56,406 nt of DNA from an uncultured Candidatus Saccharibacteria bacterium (GCA_964645245.1 CAZYBS010000004.1:1-56406); one strand, 5' to 3'; counted from the first letter of the stretch, positions 35,717 through 44,399 are shown. Numbers and translations: made by a program. Notes: generated by a model not told the origin, from the sequence alone.

Positions 35717-36527
35717 AAAAGAAAAAATGATTATCGACAAATATAATAAAAGAGCCAAGAAAATAAATTCGCTCCTCTGCGTTGGGCTGGATGCGGATTT
35801 TGCTAAAATTCCAAAACGTTTTTTGAGCCGTAAATTTCCGCAGTTTGAGTTTAATAAATGGATTATAGGGGAAACGCATCAGTTCTCGTCTGCATATAAG
35901 TTGAATATGTCAATTTATGAAGATCGCGGGGAGGAAGGTTTGAGTGAAATGAAAATGACAACTTCTTATCTTCAAAAAAATTACCCTGACATATTTACTA
36001 TATGTGATGCAAAACGAGGAGATATTGGACCCTACAATAAAGGTTATGTGAATTCCACTTTTGATATTATGGGTTTTGATGCAATGACCCTGCATCCTTA
36101 TTTAGGTAAAGAATCTTTAGAACCATTTTTAGACCGAAAGGATAAAGGATGTATTATTATCTGTCGTACTTCTAATCCTGGGGCGGGAGAATTGCAAGAT
36201 CTTATTGTAGATAGCGTGCCTCTCTGGCAAAAAGTTGCACAAAAAGTGGTAAATGAATGGAATAAAAATAAAAATTGTATGCTGGTCGTCGGTGCAACCT
36301 ATCCGAAAGAAATGAAAAAGATTCGGAGACTGGTTGGCGATATGACTTTCCTAGTACCAGGCATCGGGGCGCAAGGAGGAGACTTAAAGAGTGTATTAAA
36401 AGCGGGACTCAACAAAAAAGGTCTCGGTCTTATCATCAATTCTTCTCGAAGTATTATTTTTTCCAAAAATCCAAAGAAAGAAGCCAGGAAACTTTATGAG
36501 GAGATTAGAAAATATAATTTTTCATAA
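35700..36527 (+). CDS. pyrF: orotidine 5'-phosphate decarboxylase (type 2)
   Basis: LCVGLDAD and CDAKRGDIG motifs. Confidence 0.8.
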   Translation: MEKNFRKEKMIIDKYNKRAKKINSLLCVGLDADFAKIPKRFLSRKFPQFEFNKWIIGETHQFSSAYKLNMSIYEDRGEEGLSEMKMTTSYLQKNYPDIFTICDAKRGDIGPYNKGYVNSTFDIMGFDAMTLHPYLGKESLEPFLDRKDKGCIIICRTSNPGAGELQDLIVDSVPLWQKVAQKVVNEWNKNKNCMLVVGATYPKEMKKIRRLVGDMTFLVPGIGAQGGDLKSVLKAGLNKKGLGLIINSSRSIIFSKNPKKEARKLYEEIRKYNFS

Positions 36528-36665
36528 TTCTACTATAAAACCGATCGGAAAGTTGGTAGAATTTTTATGTTATTCAACCTTTTCCCATTTTACTCCCGGG
36601 ATACCGAGCGGAGGTCTTCTTTCAAATGGGTTTTTCATAACCACATTATAAACGAAGCTTGAAAT

Positions 36666-36720
36666 TTGACAACGTTTTTTAATCTGCTAGTATATTCAGA
36701 ACTGCACTTTTGCAGTTTTT
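36666..36720 (+). promoter_or_regulatory. TTGACA-16-TAGTAT promoter with hairpin+T-run at the predicted start (tuf leader)
   Basis: Promoter 36666-36693. AACTGCA-CTTT-TGCAGTT 36700-36717, then TTT. The -10 context TGCTAGTAT is shared with the rpsS promoter. Confidence 0.5.
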
Positions 36721-36794
36721 ATTATGGTTTTTTTTAATATCGTTAGTAATTAAGCCTTAGCAGCTATTCCTGTATGTTAAGTCTTAATTGTTAG

Positions 36795-36823
36795 CTTGCC
36801 CGCCACTGGCGTGGCACAAAAAA
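36795..36823 (+). repeat. CTTGCCCGCC..GGCG(T)GG..AAAA GC palindrome, non-coding copy before tuf
   Basis: CTTGCCCGCCACTGGCGTGGCACAAAAAA. Related copies at 45185-45210 and 56228-56252. Confidence 0.55.
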
Positions 36824-36824
36824 T

Positions 36825-38018
36825 ATGACAGAAGAATTTAAAAGAGACAGGCCGCACATCAATGTCGGCACTATCGGTCACGTTGACCACGGCAAGACCA
36901 CTTTGACCGCTGCAATCTTGCACGTGCTCAACATGGCTGGAAAGCAAGTCAGGCTTCGAGGCGTTGATCAGATTGACAATGCTCCGGAAGAAAAAGCTCG
37001 CGGAATTACTATTAACATTTCGCATAACGAGTATTCAACCGACGCCCGCCACTATGCGCACATTGATGCTCCGGGACATGCCGATTACATTAAAAACATG
37101 ATTACCGGAGCAGCCCAGATGGATGGCGCGATTCTGGTGGTTGCGGCGACCGACGGTGCGATGCCGCAGACTCGCGAACACGTTTTGCTGGCCAAGCAAG
37201 TTGGCGTGCCAAAAATGATTGTCTTCTTGAACAAGTGCGATATGGTTAATGATAAAGATATGATTGACCTAGTGGAAGAAGAAATTCGCGAACTTCTAAC
37301 CAAGCAAGGCTTTGATGGAAAAGGCGCTCCGGTTATCAGGGGGTCCGCTCTTAAAGCTCTTGAATCCAAATCTCTTGATGATGAATGGGCGAAGAAAGTT
37401 CTTGAACTTGTGAATGCCCTGGATACTTATATTCCAATCCCGGAGAGAGACATATCCAAACCTTTCCTGATGCCGGTTGAAGATATTTTCTCGATTGAAG
37501 GGAGGGGCACGGTCGTGACTGGCAAGATTGAAAGAGGAGTGGTAAAAGTCGGTGAAGATGTGGAAGTTGTCGGAATTAAGCCAACTCAAAAAACAACGGT
37601 TACCGGTATTGAAATGTTTAATAAAAATCTGCAGGAAGGCATGGCCGGGGACAATGCCGGGGTGCTTCTGCGAGGCCTAAAGAAAGAAGACATAACTCGC
37701 GGACAAGTTCTAGCCAAGCCGGGCACCGTTACCCCGCACGATAATTTTACCGCCGAGATTTACGTCTTGAAAAAAGAGGAGGGCGGGCGCCACACCCCGT
37801 TCTTTAAAGGCTACAAGCCCCAATTCTATATCCGAACGACCGACGTAACCGGCGATGTTGCCTTAGCCGAGGGAATGGAAATGGTTATGCCCGGAGATAC
37901 GGTCAAGATTACGGTTAAATTAGTTACCCCGGTTGCATTGGAGGAAGCACAGAAGTTCGCTATTCGCGAAGGAGGCAAGACTGTCGGCGCAGGAGTGGTT
38001 ACAAAGATTTTGGGTTAA
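36825..38018 (+). CDS. tuf: elongation factor Tu
   Basis: [33 protein letters not shown] motifs. Confidence 0.97.
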   Translation: MTEEFKRDRPHINVGTIGHVDHGKTTLTAAILHVLNMAGKQVRLRGVDQIDNAPEEKARGITINISHNEYSTDARHYAHIDAPGHADYIKNMITGAAQMDGAILVVAATDGAMPQTREHVLLAKQVGVPKMIVFLNKCDMVNDKDMIDLVEEEIRELLTKQGFDGKGAPVIRGSALKALESKSLDDEWAKKVLELVNALDTYIPIPERDISKPFLMPVEDIFSIEGRGTVVTGKIERGVVKVGEDVEVVGIKPTQKTTVTGIEMFNKNLQEGMAGDNAGVLLRGLKKEDITRGQVLAKPGTVTPHDNFTAEIYVLKKEEGGRHTPFFKGYKPQFYIRTTDVTGDVALAEGMEMVMPGDTVKITVKLVTPVALEEAQKFAIREGGKTVGAGVVTKILG

Positions 38019-38025
38019 CTGTTAT

Positions 38026-38454
38026 ATGGCAATCAAAGAAAGAAAAACCAAAAAGTCGAAGGCCACCGCCAAGGCGGGGCAAGCAGCAAAGACTGTAAAA
38101 GTTACGAGAATTGTTCCCAAGAAAGAGAAAAAAGATAAAGAGGAAAGTAAAGTGATACTTCGCATACGCGTACGAGCGTATGAAAGTAAAATTCTTGATA
38201 GCTCGGTGAAACAAATTATGGACACTGCCATACGCTATGATGCAATCATCGTCGGACCGGTGCCATTACCTACGGAGATTAAAAAATATACGGTCAATCG
38301 TTCCCCTTTTATTTATAAAAATACGCGGGAACAATTTGAGATTCGGGTGCATAAAAGATTGATTGATATTATAAATCCAAATTCAAAGACTGTTGAAGCT
38401 CTGACCAATTTGTCGCTTCCTTCCGGAGTAGATATTGATGTGAAAATGCTATAA
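38026..38454 (+). CDS. rpsJ: 30S ribosomal protein S10 with ~40-aa Lys-rich N-terminal extension
   Basis: S10 core RIRVRAYESKILD..PLPTEIKKYTVNRSPF. ATG at 38026. Confidence 0.9.
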   Translation: MAIKERKTKKSKATAKAGQAAKTVKVTRIVPKKEKKDKEESKVILRIRVRAYESKILDSSVKQIMDTAIRYDAIIVGPVPLPTEIKKYTVNRSPFIYKNTREQFEIRVHKRLIDIINPNSKTVEALTNLSLPSGVDIDVKML

Positions 38455-38459
38455 AAGTT

Positions 38460-39017
38460 ATGGTTAAATTTATTCTTGGGAAAAAACAAAACATGACTCA
38501 GTATTTTTCCGAGGACGGAAAAGTAATTCCAGTTACTTTATTGCAGGCCGGTCCGGTAACGGTGGGTCAAATTTTTCAGAAAGAAAAAGATGGTTATGAT
38601 GCTGTCCAAGTGGACTTTGCCTCACAGAAAAAAGAATTTAGATTAAAACCCTTGGATAAAATTGATGTTAAAAAAGGAGATGTAATTGATGTCTCAATTT
38701 TTGCTCCAGGCGACCGCCTTCAAGTTTCAAGTGTGTCCAAAGGTAAAGGCTTTCAGGGTGTGGTAAAACGTCATGGTTTTCACGGTGGTCCGCGTACCCA
38801 TGGTCAAAAGCATTCAGAAAGAGAAGCCGGAAGTATCGGCGGAGGTCTGCGAACTCACGTTCCGAAAGGCATGAGAATGGCGGGTAGAATGGGTGGCGAC
38901 AGGATTACCCAAAAGAATTTAACAGTTGTTTCTGTTGATAAAGAAAATAACATCATGCTGGTGAAAGGAGCAATAGCCGGCAAGCGTGGAAGTTTGGTGG
39001 AGATTATTAGTAGATAG
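38460..39017 (+). CDS. rplC: 50S ribosomal protein L3
   Basis: GKKQNMTQYF..SKGKGFQGVVKRHGF. Confidence 0.92.
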   Translation: MVKFILGKKQNMTQYFSEDGKVIPVTLLQAGPVTVGQIFQKEKDGYDAVQVDFASQKKEFRLKPLDKIDVKKGDVIDVSIFAPGDRLQVSSVSKGKGFQGVVKRHGFHGGPRTHGQKHSEREAGSIGGGLRTHVPKGMRMAGRMGGDRITQKNLTVVSVDKENNIMLVKGAIAGKRGSLVEIISR

Positions 39018-39054
39018 AGTTTTAGACTCTAGATAGAGGCTAAACCTCTATCTG
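39012..39054. repeat. 43-bp element (AGATAGAGG-CTAAA-CCTCTATCT hairpin plus flank), copy 1
   Basis: Perfect reverse complement of 48802-48844. Confidence 0.85.
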
Positions 39055-39062
39055 CGATAACA

Positions 39063-39722
39063 ATGGAAGTAAAAATATACAATCAAAAAGGCGCCGAGGT
39101 GGGAATGATAACTCTTCCGGCAAAAGTTTTTGCCGCTAAGTGGCGCAGTGATTTGGTGCATCAAGTTGTAGAAGGGATGCGCAGTAATAAGCGAGCAGGT
39201 ACGGCTGACACCAAGGATCGTGGAGAAGTGCGGGGCGGAGGCAGAAAGCCTTGGAAACAAAAGGGAACGGGGCGAGCGCGACATGGGTCCTCACGTAGTC
39301 CCATCTGGGTGGGTGGGGGCGTAACTCATGGTCCGCTGGCGGAGAAAAATTATAAGAGAAAAATTTCAAAGAAAATGCGTGCGCAGGCTCTTTTCTCCGT
39401 TCTGTCTAAAAAATTAAAAGACGGGGAAATACTTTTCGTTGATTCACTTACTGTACCTACGATAAAGACAAAATCGGCTGTGGCTATAGTTAAAAATTTA
39501 ATCAAAGCTTCCGGATGGAAAACTATTACAACTTCTAAAAAAGCCAGAATGCTGGTCGCTTTATTTGAGCGAAATGAAAGTACAGAAAAGAGTTTTAGAA
39601 ATATACCAGCACTAGAAATAGTATTTCTTAAAAATCTAAATCCGCTGGATGTATTAAATTATCGATATCTTTTGATAGAAAATCCGACTGAAAGCGTAAA
39701 ATTTTTAGAATCTAGAGGATGA
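39063..39722 (+). CDS. rplD: 50S ribosomal protein L4
   Basis: GGGRKPWKQKGTGRARHGS motif. Confidence 0.92.
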   Translation: MEVKIYNQKGAEVGMITLPAKVFAAKWRSDLVHQVVEGMRSNKRAGTADTKDRGEVRGGGRKPWKQKGTGRARHGSSRSPIWVGGGVTHGPLAEKNYKRKISKKMRAQALFSVLSKKLKDGEILFVDSLTVPTIKTKSAVAIVKNLIKASGWKTITTSKKARMLVALFERNESTEKSFRNIPALEIVFLKNLNPLDVLNYRYLLIENPTESVKFLESRG

Positions 39723-40015
39723 TGCTTCGCTTCACAAAAAATAACATGACAAACATTATTAAAAATCCAAGAGTTACTGAAAAAGCATCTTTTGCCCAAG
39801 AGCAAAATGTTTACACTTTTGATATTTCTTCTTCGGCCAATAAAACGGAAATAAAGAAGGCAATTTTTACGCTTTATAAAGTAAAACCTGTAAAAGTGAA
39901 TGTTTTGAGAGTACCAAGAAAAAATATTATGTCCAAAGGCAAGGCTGGAGTAAAAGGTGGAGGTAGAAAAGCTCTTGTTTATTTAAAGATGGGTGATAAG
40001 ATAGAATTTATTTAA
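39719..40015 (+). CDS. rplW: 50S ribosomal protein L23
   Basis: IIKNPRVTEKA..YTFDI..NKTEIKKA pattern. Start may be the internal ATG. Confidence 0.9.
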   Translation: MMLRFTKNNMTNIIKNPRVTEKASFAQEQNVYTFDISSSANKTEIKKAIFTLYKVKPVKVNVLRVPRKNIMSKGKAGVKGGGRKALVYLKMGDKIEFI

Positions 40016-40018
40016 TTT

Positions 40019-40858
40019 ATGAAGAGCTATAAACCGACAACTAAATCTAGAAGACAAATGACCAATGTATCTTACCGGGGAGTTTTGACGCGCTCGGAGT
40101 CAACCAAATCCCTTACTGCTGGTTTCAAGCGTTCACAGGGGCGAAATAGTCAAGGACGCATCACTATGCGGCACAAGGGCGGAGGGCACAAGCGTCTTTT
40201 TCGAGATGTGGACTTTTTATATAACAAGAAAGAAATTCCGGCCAAAATAAAGTCTATTGAATATGACCCGAATCGCTCGGCTTTTATCGGGTTAGCTGTC
40301 TACCGAGACGGAGAAAAAAGATACGTGGTATTGCCAAAGTCCGTCAAGCCTGGGGATTCATTCACTGTATCTGATAAGGCGTCCTTAACAGCAGGCAACA
40401 GACTTCCTCTTAAAAATATTCCAGTCGGAACTTTTGTTTATAATATTGAAATCAAACCCAATGGCGGTGCGAAGATTGCCCGTTCGGCGGGAATTTTTGC
40501 GCAAGTAGTTGCTAATGCTGATGGATATACGAACATAAAAATGCCTTCATCCGAAATCAGAAAAATAAATGAAAACTGCTGGGCCTCTATCGGCACTGTT
40601 TCAAACGAAGAGCATCATTTGGAAAATTACGGTAAAGCTGGACGGTCTCGCTGGAAAGGAATCAGGCCGACAGTTCGCGGTACGGCCATGAACCCGGTAG
40701 ACCATCCATACGGAGGCGGAGAAGGCAGACAGGGTCGCGGAACCAAGCGTCCAAAGACAATGTGGGGCAAAGTTACCGGCGGACGCAAAACCCGCGGTCC
40801 AAAGAAATACTCAAATGTGTTTATCATCTCCCGCCGCAGGACTGGGAAGAATAAATAA
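40019..40858 (+). CDS. rplB: 50S ribosomal protein L2
   Basis: RGTAMNPVDHPYGGGEGR motif. Confidence 0.96.
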   Translation: MKSYKPTTKSRRQMTNVSYRGVLTRSESTKSLTAGFKRSQGRNSQGRITMRHKGGGHKRLFRDVDFLYNKKEIPAKIKSIEYDPNRSAFIGLAVYRDGEKRYVVLPKSVKPGDSFTVSDKASLTAGNRLPLKNIPVGTFVYNIEIKPNGGAKIARSAGIFAQVVANADGYTNIKMPSSEIRKINENCWASIGTVSNEEHHLENYGKAGRSRWKGIRPTVRGTAMNPVDHPYGGGEGRQGRGTKRPKTMWGKVTGGRKTRGPKKYSNVFIISRRRTGKNK

Positions 40859-40865
40859 AAAGTAT

Positions 40866-40938
40866 AACCCCTCCCTAACCCTCCCCTTATCAGGGGAGGG
40901 TTTTACGTTTCCCCCTGACAAGGGGGATTTGGGGGGTT
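40866..40938 (+). repeat. CCCCTCC/GGAGGGG three-way-junction repeat element (includes the rplB terminator)
   Basis: Outer AACCCC/GGGGTT. Inner hairpins CCCTCCCC-TTATCA-GGGGAGGG+TTTT (40879-40904) and CCCCCT-GACA-AGGGGG. Confidence 0.6.
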
Positions 40939-41022
40939 GTATTATTCTACAGATGTTATAGACTTTAAATCGAAGTTCACCCGTTAGTTTCGTTCACGTA
41001 CGTTGTTGGCGGAGGTAGCTGT

Positions 41023-41205
41023 ATGAAAGATGGCAAAAGGCGTCGCGAGGCTCGTTTGGTAGCCAGCAAGGAAGTTGAGGCACGCAGGGCGGTCCAACAG
41101 GATGGCACTTCATCGGCCCCGCCGCCGCGCTATTTGCCGGGGACGCCACGACCCTGGCAGCCAAGGCAGGTTCGCCACGGGGACCAAGGGCGTCGGTGGC
41201 GCTAG
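41023..41205 (+). CDS. hypothetical Arg-rich small protein, island E (60 aa)
   Basis: GGAGG 7 nt upstream of the ATG. About 63% GC. Arg-rich (MKDGKRRREARL..). Followed by GAGAC/GTCTC and GAGGG/CCCTC hairpins. Confidence 0.3.
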   Translation: MKDGKRRREARLVASKEVEARRAVQQDGTSSAPPPRYLPGTPRPWQPRQVRHGDQGRRWR

Positions 41206-41295
41206 TTCCCCCACATTTTTCGTGAGACTCGCCATGGGTCTCGAGGGACGTCGTTCATTCGGCGCCCCTCTTCTTATTTATACTCAATATTTACA

Positions 41296-41325
41296 TTTAC
41301 TTTATTTTGCATAAAATGCTATAAT
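41296..41325 (+). promoter_or_regulatory. extended -10 promoter (TGCTATAAT) for the island E RNA
   Basis: TTTACT -35-like hexamer. TGCTATAAT at 41317-41325. Confidence 0.5.
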
Positions 41326-41330
41326 ACAAA

Positions 41331-41627
41331 TGGATCTGTTCTCAACCGGTTTCTCTCAGCCGGTCAGGTCCAGGAAGGGGATGTACGGCGTTGACGGATC
41401 ATCGACGGGAGCCTCCTAGGGTTGTGTGCTCCTCGGGGCGCACAGAAGAGGAACAAAGGGTTTGGGACACGGTGGCTGCCGTGATCCCTGACAGTCTCAA
41501 GGGGCCAGGATGGTCCCCGAAGGGAGTGTTCGAGCAGATGGTAGTGGCGGCTCAGAAGAAGTAGGGTCGCCAAGTTTGAGGGTGACTACACCCCTGGGGT
41601 CCAAGAACATCGGACCCCAGTTTTTTT
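41331..41627 (+). ncRNA. candidate ~295-nt structured GC-rich RNA of unknown class
   Basis: Own promoter. At least 5 local hairpins (41345-64, 41424-44, 41464-88, 41501-18, 41565-87). Strong intrinsic terminator CTGGGGTCC/GGACCCCAG + T7 (41594-41627). No convincing ORF. Confidence 0.45.
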
Positions 41628-41634
41628 ATTTTAA

Positions 41635-41722
41635 TTGACATTTTAGCCATATTTGCTAGTATGAAATAACACGAATACAACGAATCTAGTGCGAATGACA
41701 CGAATTCGTATCATTCGTTTTT
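41635..41722 (+). promoter_or_regulatory. TTGACA-16-TAGTAT promoter plus 13-bp hairpin/T-run leader upstream of rpsS
   Basis: Promoter 41635-41662. Palindrome CGAATGACACGAA/TTCGTATCATTCG 41692-41717, then TTTTT. Four CGAAT repeats. Confidence 0.5.
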
Positions 41723-41742
41723 ATTTGTAACCATTAGTGTTT

Positions 41743-42090
41743 ATGACTAGAAGTATCAAAAAAGGCATATATGTGGATGAAGGGCTGCTTCAAAAGATTG
41801 CCGGCAAAAACCCGCTGCAGACTCCGGCCATCAAGACCTGGAAAAGGGCCTGTGTTATATCTCCCGAAATGCTGGGTTTTACTTTTGGTGTTTACAACGG
41901 CAAAGTTCATGTAGATGTTCTGGTGACCGAAGACATGGTCGGGCACCGATTGGGAGAGTTTTCTCCGACCAAGAAATTTATAAAACACGGCGGAAAAATG
42001 CAGAAAGAACTTGAGCAAAAGAAAAAGGAAGCGGAAATAAATGCTGCCAAGGGAGCGACCGCTGCCGTAGCTGATGCGAAGAAAACATAA
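41743..42090 (+). CDS. rpsS: 30S ribosomal protein S19 with C-terminal extension
   Basis: MTRSIKKG start; GHRLGEFSPT motif. Lys/Ala-rich tail of ~25 aa. Confidence 0.9.
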   Translation: MTRSIKKGIYVDEGLLQKIAGKNPLQTPAIKTWKRACVISPEMLGFTFGVYNGKVHVDVLVTEDMVGHRLGEFSPTKKFIKHGGKMQKELEQKKKEAEINAAKGATAAVADAKKT

Positions 42091-42091
42091 T

Positions 42092-42457
42092 ATGAAAGCA
42101 TTTTTAAAAAATTACAGACAGTCTCCGAGAAAAGTTCGTCTAGTTGCCGGACTGATGAGGGGGAAAAATATTGCGGAAGCGATTACCGAGCTTGATTTTT
42201 TGGCGAAGCGCGCGGGATTGCCAATAAAGAAGCTTTTGCTCTCGGCAGTTTCTAATGCAAAGCAAATGGGAGTAGAAAAGGAAAATTTATTTATAAAAGA
42301 ATTGCGAGTGGATAAAGGCATCACCATGAAACGAATGATGCCGGCGGCTATGGGCACCGGGCACAGGATAAATAAACGCACCAGCCATATAACTTTATTA
42401 CTAGGACACCACCCCTCTGTCCCCTCCTTAAATAAGGAGGGGAGGAAGGGGAGGTAA
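42092..42457 (+). CDS. rplV: 50S ribosomal protein L22 (last 16 codons encoded by a repeat element)
   Basis: SPRKVRLVAGLMRG motif. The usual ..SHITLLLG end is followed by HHPSVPSLNKEGRKGR. Confidence 0.9.
   Translation: MKAFLKNYRQSPRKVRLVAGLMRGKNIAEAITELDFLAKRAGLPIKKLLLSAVSNAKQMGVEKENLFIKELRVDKGITMKRMMPAAMGTGHRINKRTSHITLLLGHHPSVPSLNKEGRKGR
42407..42454 (+). repeat. CCCCTCC/GGAGGGG repeat element inside the rplV 3' end
   Basis: CCCCTCCTT-AAAT-AAGGAGGGG hairpin (42421-42442) with CACCACCCC.. flank. Related to 40866 and 52757. Confidence 0.55.
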
Positions 42458-42465
42458 TTTATAAC

Positions 42466-43158
42466 ATGAGTAAAATAGTTCATCCATATGCGCATAGACT
42501 GATTATACTAAGGGATTGGAAATCTCGCTGGTTTGCTGACCCGAAAAAATATGTCTCTTATTTAAAAGGGGATGTCCTGATACGCCAGTATTTGGAAAAG
42601 AAACTGCGCGCTATGTATATTTCCACAATTGAAATTGAAAGAAGCAGAAAAGCTACCAGATTTATCATCCGAACTTCTCGTCCGGGGCTGATCATAGGAC
42701 GAAATGGCGAGGGAGCGACCAAGCTCAAGGAAGATATCTTGAAGAAAATGGATGAACTGCAGCTTCCAAGACCGGAGGATTTTAAGCTTGAAATTGTTGA
42801 AGTTCCAAATCCGGAGGCCGATGCCGCCATTGTTGCCTACATGATTGCTGAAGGATTGGAGAAAAGAATGCCCTATCGCCGAGTCATTAAAACGATTATT
42901 GAAAAAGTGATGACGGCGCGCGGGGTAGAAGGCGCCAGAGTAGTCCTCTCCGGCAGGTTAGGCGGAGCTGATATTGCCCGCACCGAAGAACTTAAGCGCG
43001 GAAGTATCCCGCTGCAGACTTTTCGCGCAGACATAGATTTCAAGCGTGAACGCGCAACCCTGTCTTACGGCGTTGTCGGCATAAAGGTTTGGATTTACAG
43101 GGGCAAGATTTTCGCGGACAAAAAGAAAGAGGCTTCCGCCCAAGGCGGAAAAAATTAA
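42466..43158 (+). CDS. rpsC: 30S ribosomal protein S3
   Basis: KH domain and GRLGGADIARTE motif. Confidence 0.95.
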   Translation: MSKIVHPYAHRLIILRDWKSRWFADPKKYVSYLKGDVLIRQYLEKKLRAMYISTIEIERSRKATRFIIRTSRPGLIIGRNGEGATKLKEDILKKMDELQLPRPEDFKLEIVEVPNPEADAAIVAYMIAEGLEKRMPYRRVIKTIIEKVMTARGVEGARVVLSGRLGGADIARTEELKRGSIPLQTFRADIDFKRERATLSYGVVGIKVWIYRGKIFADKKKEASAQGGKN

Positions 43159-43168
43159 TTACACTATC

Positions 43169-43597
43169 ATGTTATTACCGAAAAAAGTAAAATTTAGAAA
43201 ATGGCAGACCATGCGCAGCAATCCAAAAGCGGTGTCACCAGATACCAGGGGCACGAAGCTGTCTTTTGGTTCTTACGGACTCAAGTCTGAGACTCAAGCA
43301 CGGGTGAAATCAACTCAAATTGAATCCGCCCGAAAGGTAATATCTCGCACCTTGACCAAGGCCGGTAAATACTGGATTCGTATTTTTCCAGACCGTCCTT
43401 ACACTTCCAAAGCTGCGGAAATGGGTATGGGAAAAGGAAAAGGAGATCCGCAAGGATATTGTTTTGATGTTTATCCGGGACGTATTGTTTTTGAAGTGGA
43501 TGGCGTAGCAGAGACTATTGCCCATGAAGCATTAAGAAAAGCCGGTACTAAGCTTCCGATTAAAACAAGAATTATTTCCAGAGCGCATAAACAATAA
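43169..43597 (+). CDS. rplP: 50S ribosomal protein L16
   Basis: MLLPKKVKFRK start; MGKGKG motif. Confidence 0.95.
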   Translation: MLLPKKVKFRKWQTMRSNPKAVSPDTRGTKLSFGSYGLKSETQARVKSTQIESARKVISRTLTKAGKYWIRIFPDRPYTSKAAEMGMGKGKGDPQGYCFDVYPGRIVFEVDGVAETIAHEALRKAGTKLPIKTRIISRAHKQ

Positions 43598-43601
43598 TTA
43601 T

Positions 43602-43787
43602 ATGACAAAGAAGAAAGACATTTTTAGAAATATGAAAAAAGATGAGCTAAAGAAAAAGCTTGATCTTTTACAGGAAAATGCCAGAGTTATCAGATTTAAA
43701 GCCGAAGGGTCAAAATCAAAGAATGTCAAAGAGTTGGCAACTTTGAGAAAAGAGATAGCTCGAATTTTAACGGAAATCAATAAATAA
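43602..43787 (+). CDS. rpmC: 50S ribosomal protein L29
   Basis: Size, position and ..[10 protein letters not shown] pattern. Confidence 0.88.
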   Translation: MTKKKDIFRNMKKDELKKKLDLLQENARVIRFKAEGSKSKNVKELATLRKEIARILTEINK

Positions 43788-43788
43788 T

Positions 43789-44013
43789 ATGAACACAAAA
43801 GCAAAAAAAGGAATAGTTGTTTCGGACAAAATGGATAAGACTGTTGTTGTTTCTGTTTCTAGATTTATTAAGCATCCATTATATGGAAAATTTTATAAAG
43901 TAAACAAAAAATACAAAGCGCATGATGAGGAAAATAAATATAAGATAGGAGACAAAGTGGAAATAATTGAGACAAGACCAATTTCAAAAGATAAAAGATT
44001 CAAGGTAATTTAA
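43789..44013 (+). CDS. rpsQ: 30S ribosomal protein S17
   Basis: [26 protein letters not shown] pattern. Confidence 0.92.
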   Translation: MNTKAKKGIVVSDKMDKTVVVSVSRFIKHPLYGKFYKVNKKYKAHDEENKYKIGDKVEIIETRPISKDKRFKVI

Positions 44014-44017
44014 TTTT

Positions 44018-44389
44018 ATGATACAAAATGAAAGTTTAGTAAAAATAACAGACAATGCCGGAGGCACCATGGGCAAGGTGTTCAAGATTTTAGGGTCTTC
44101 CAAAAAAAGATATGCAACTTTGGGTGAATTAGTTATTATTTCCGTAAAAGTAGCCAGCCCCAGAAAAGGGGTTAAAAAGAAAGATGTGCACCAGGCAGTC
44201 GTCGTGCGTACTAGAAGCGCCTATAGAAGGAAGGATGGGTCTTATATTCGTTTTGACGATAACGCGGTGGTTCTTCTAGAGAAAGGCAAGAAGGATCCGA
44301 AAGCTGGACGTATATTCGGGCCGATCCCGAGAGAACTCGCCGAGAAAGGATTCCAGAAAATAATTTCTTTGGCCCAAGAGGTAATTTAA
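44018..44389 (+). CDS. rplN: 50S ribosomal protein L14
   Basis: [15 protein letters not shown] start; AVVVRT..R..DGS.IRFD.NA. Confidence 0.95.
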   Translation: MIQNESLVKITDNAGGTMGKVFKILGSSKKRYATLGELVIISVKVASPRKGVKKKDVHQAVVVRTRSAYRRKDGSYIRFDDNAVVLLEKGKKDPKAGRIFGPIPRELAEKGFQKIISLAQEVI

Positions 44390-44399
44390 AAAAATATAT

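Noticed and set aside
36540-36660. Small ORF (about 32 aa, ATG near 36578) or riboswitch in the pyrF-tuf spacer
   Set aside because: The ORF has no SD. The CCCATTT/AAATGGG stem + T5 reads as the pyrF terminator. No riboswitch consensus was recognised.
41331-41627. Island E RNA as SRP (4.5S/large SRP) RNA, because of GGUCAGGUCC at 41361-41370
   Set aside because: The following sequence (AGGAAGGGGAUGUAC) lacks the conserved GGAA tetraloop and AGCA symmetric-loop pattern. RNase P (GAGGAAAGUCC), tmRNA (tRNA-like ends) and 6S (end-to-end pairing) signatures are also absent.
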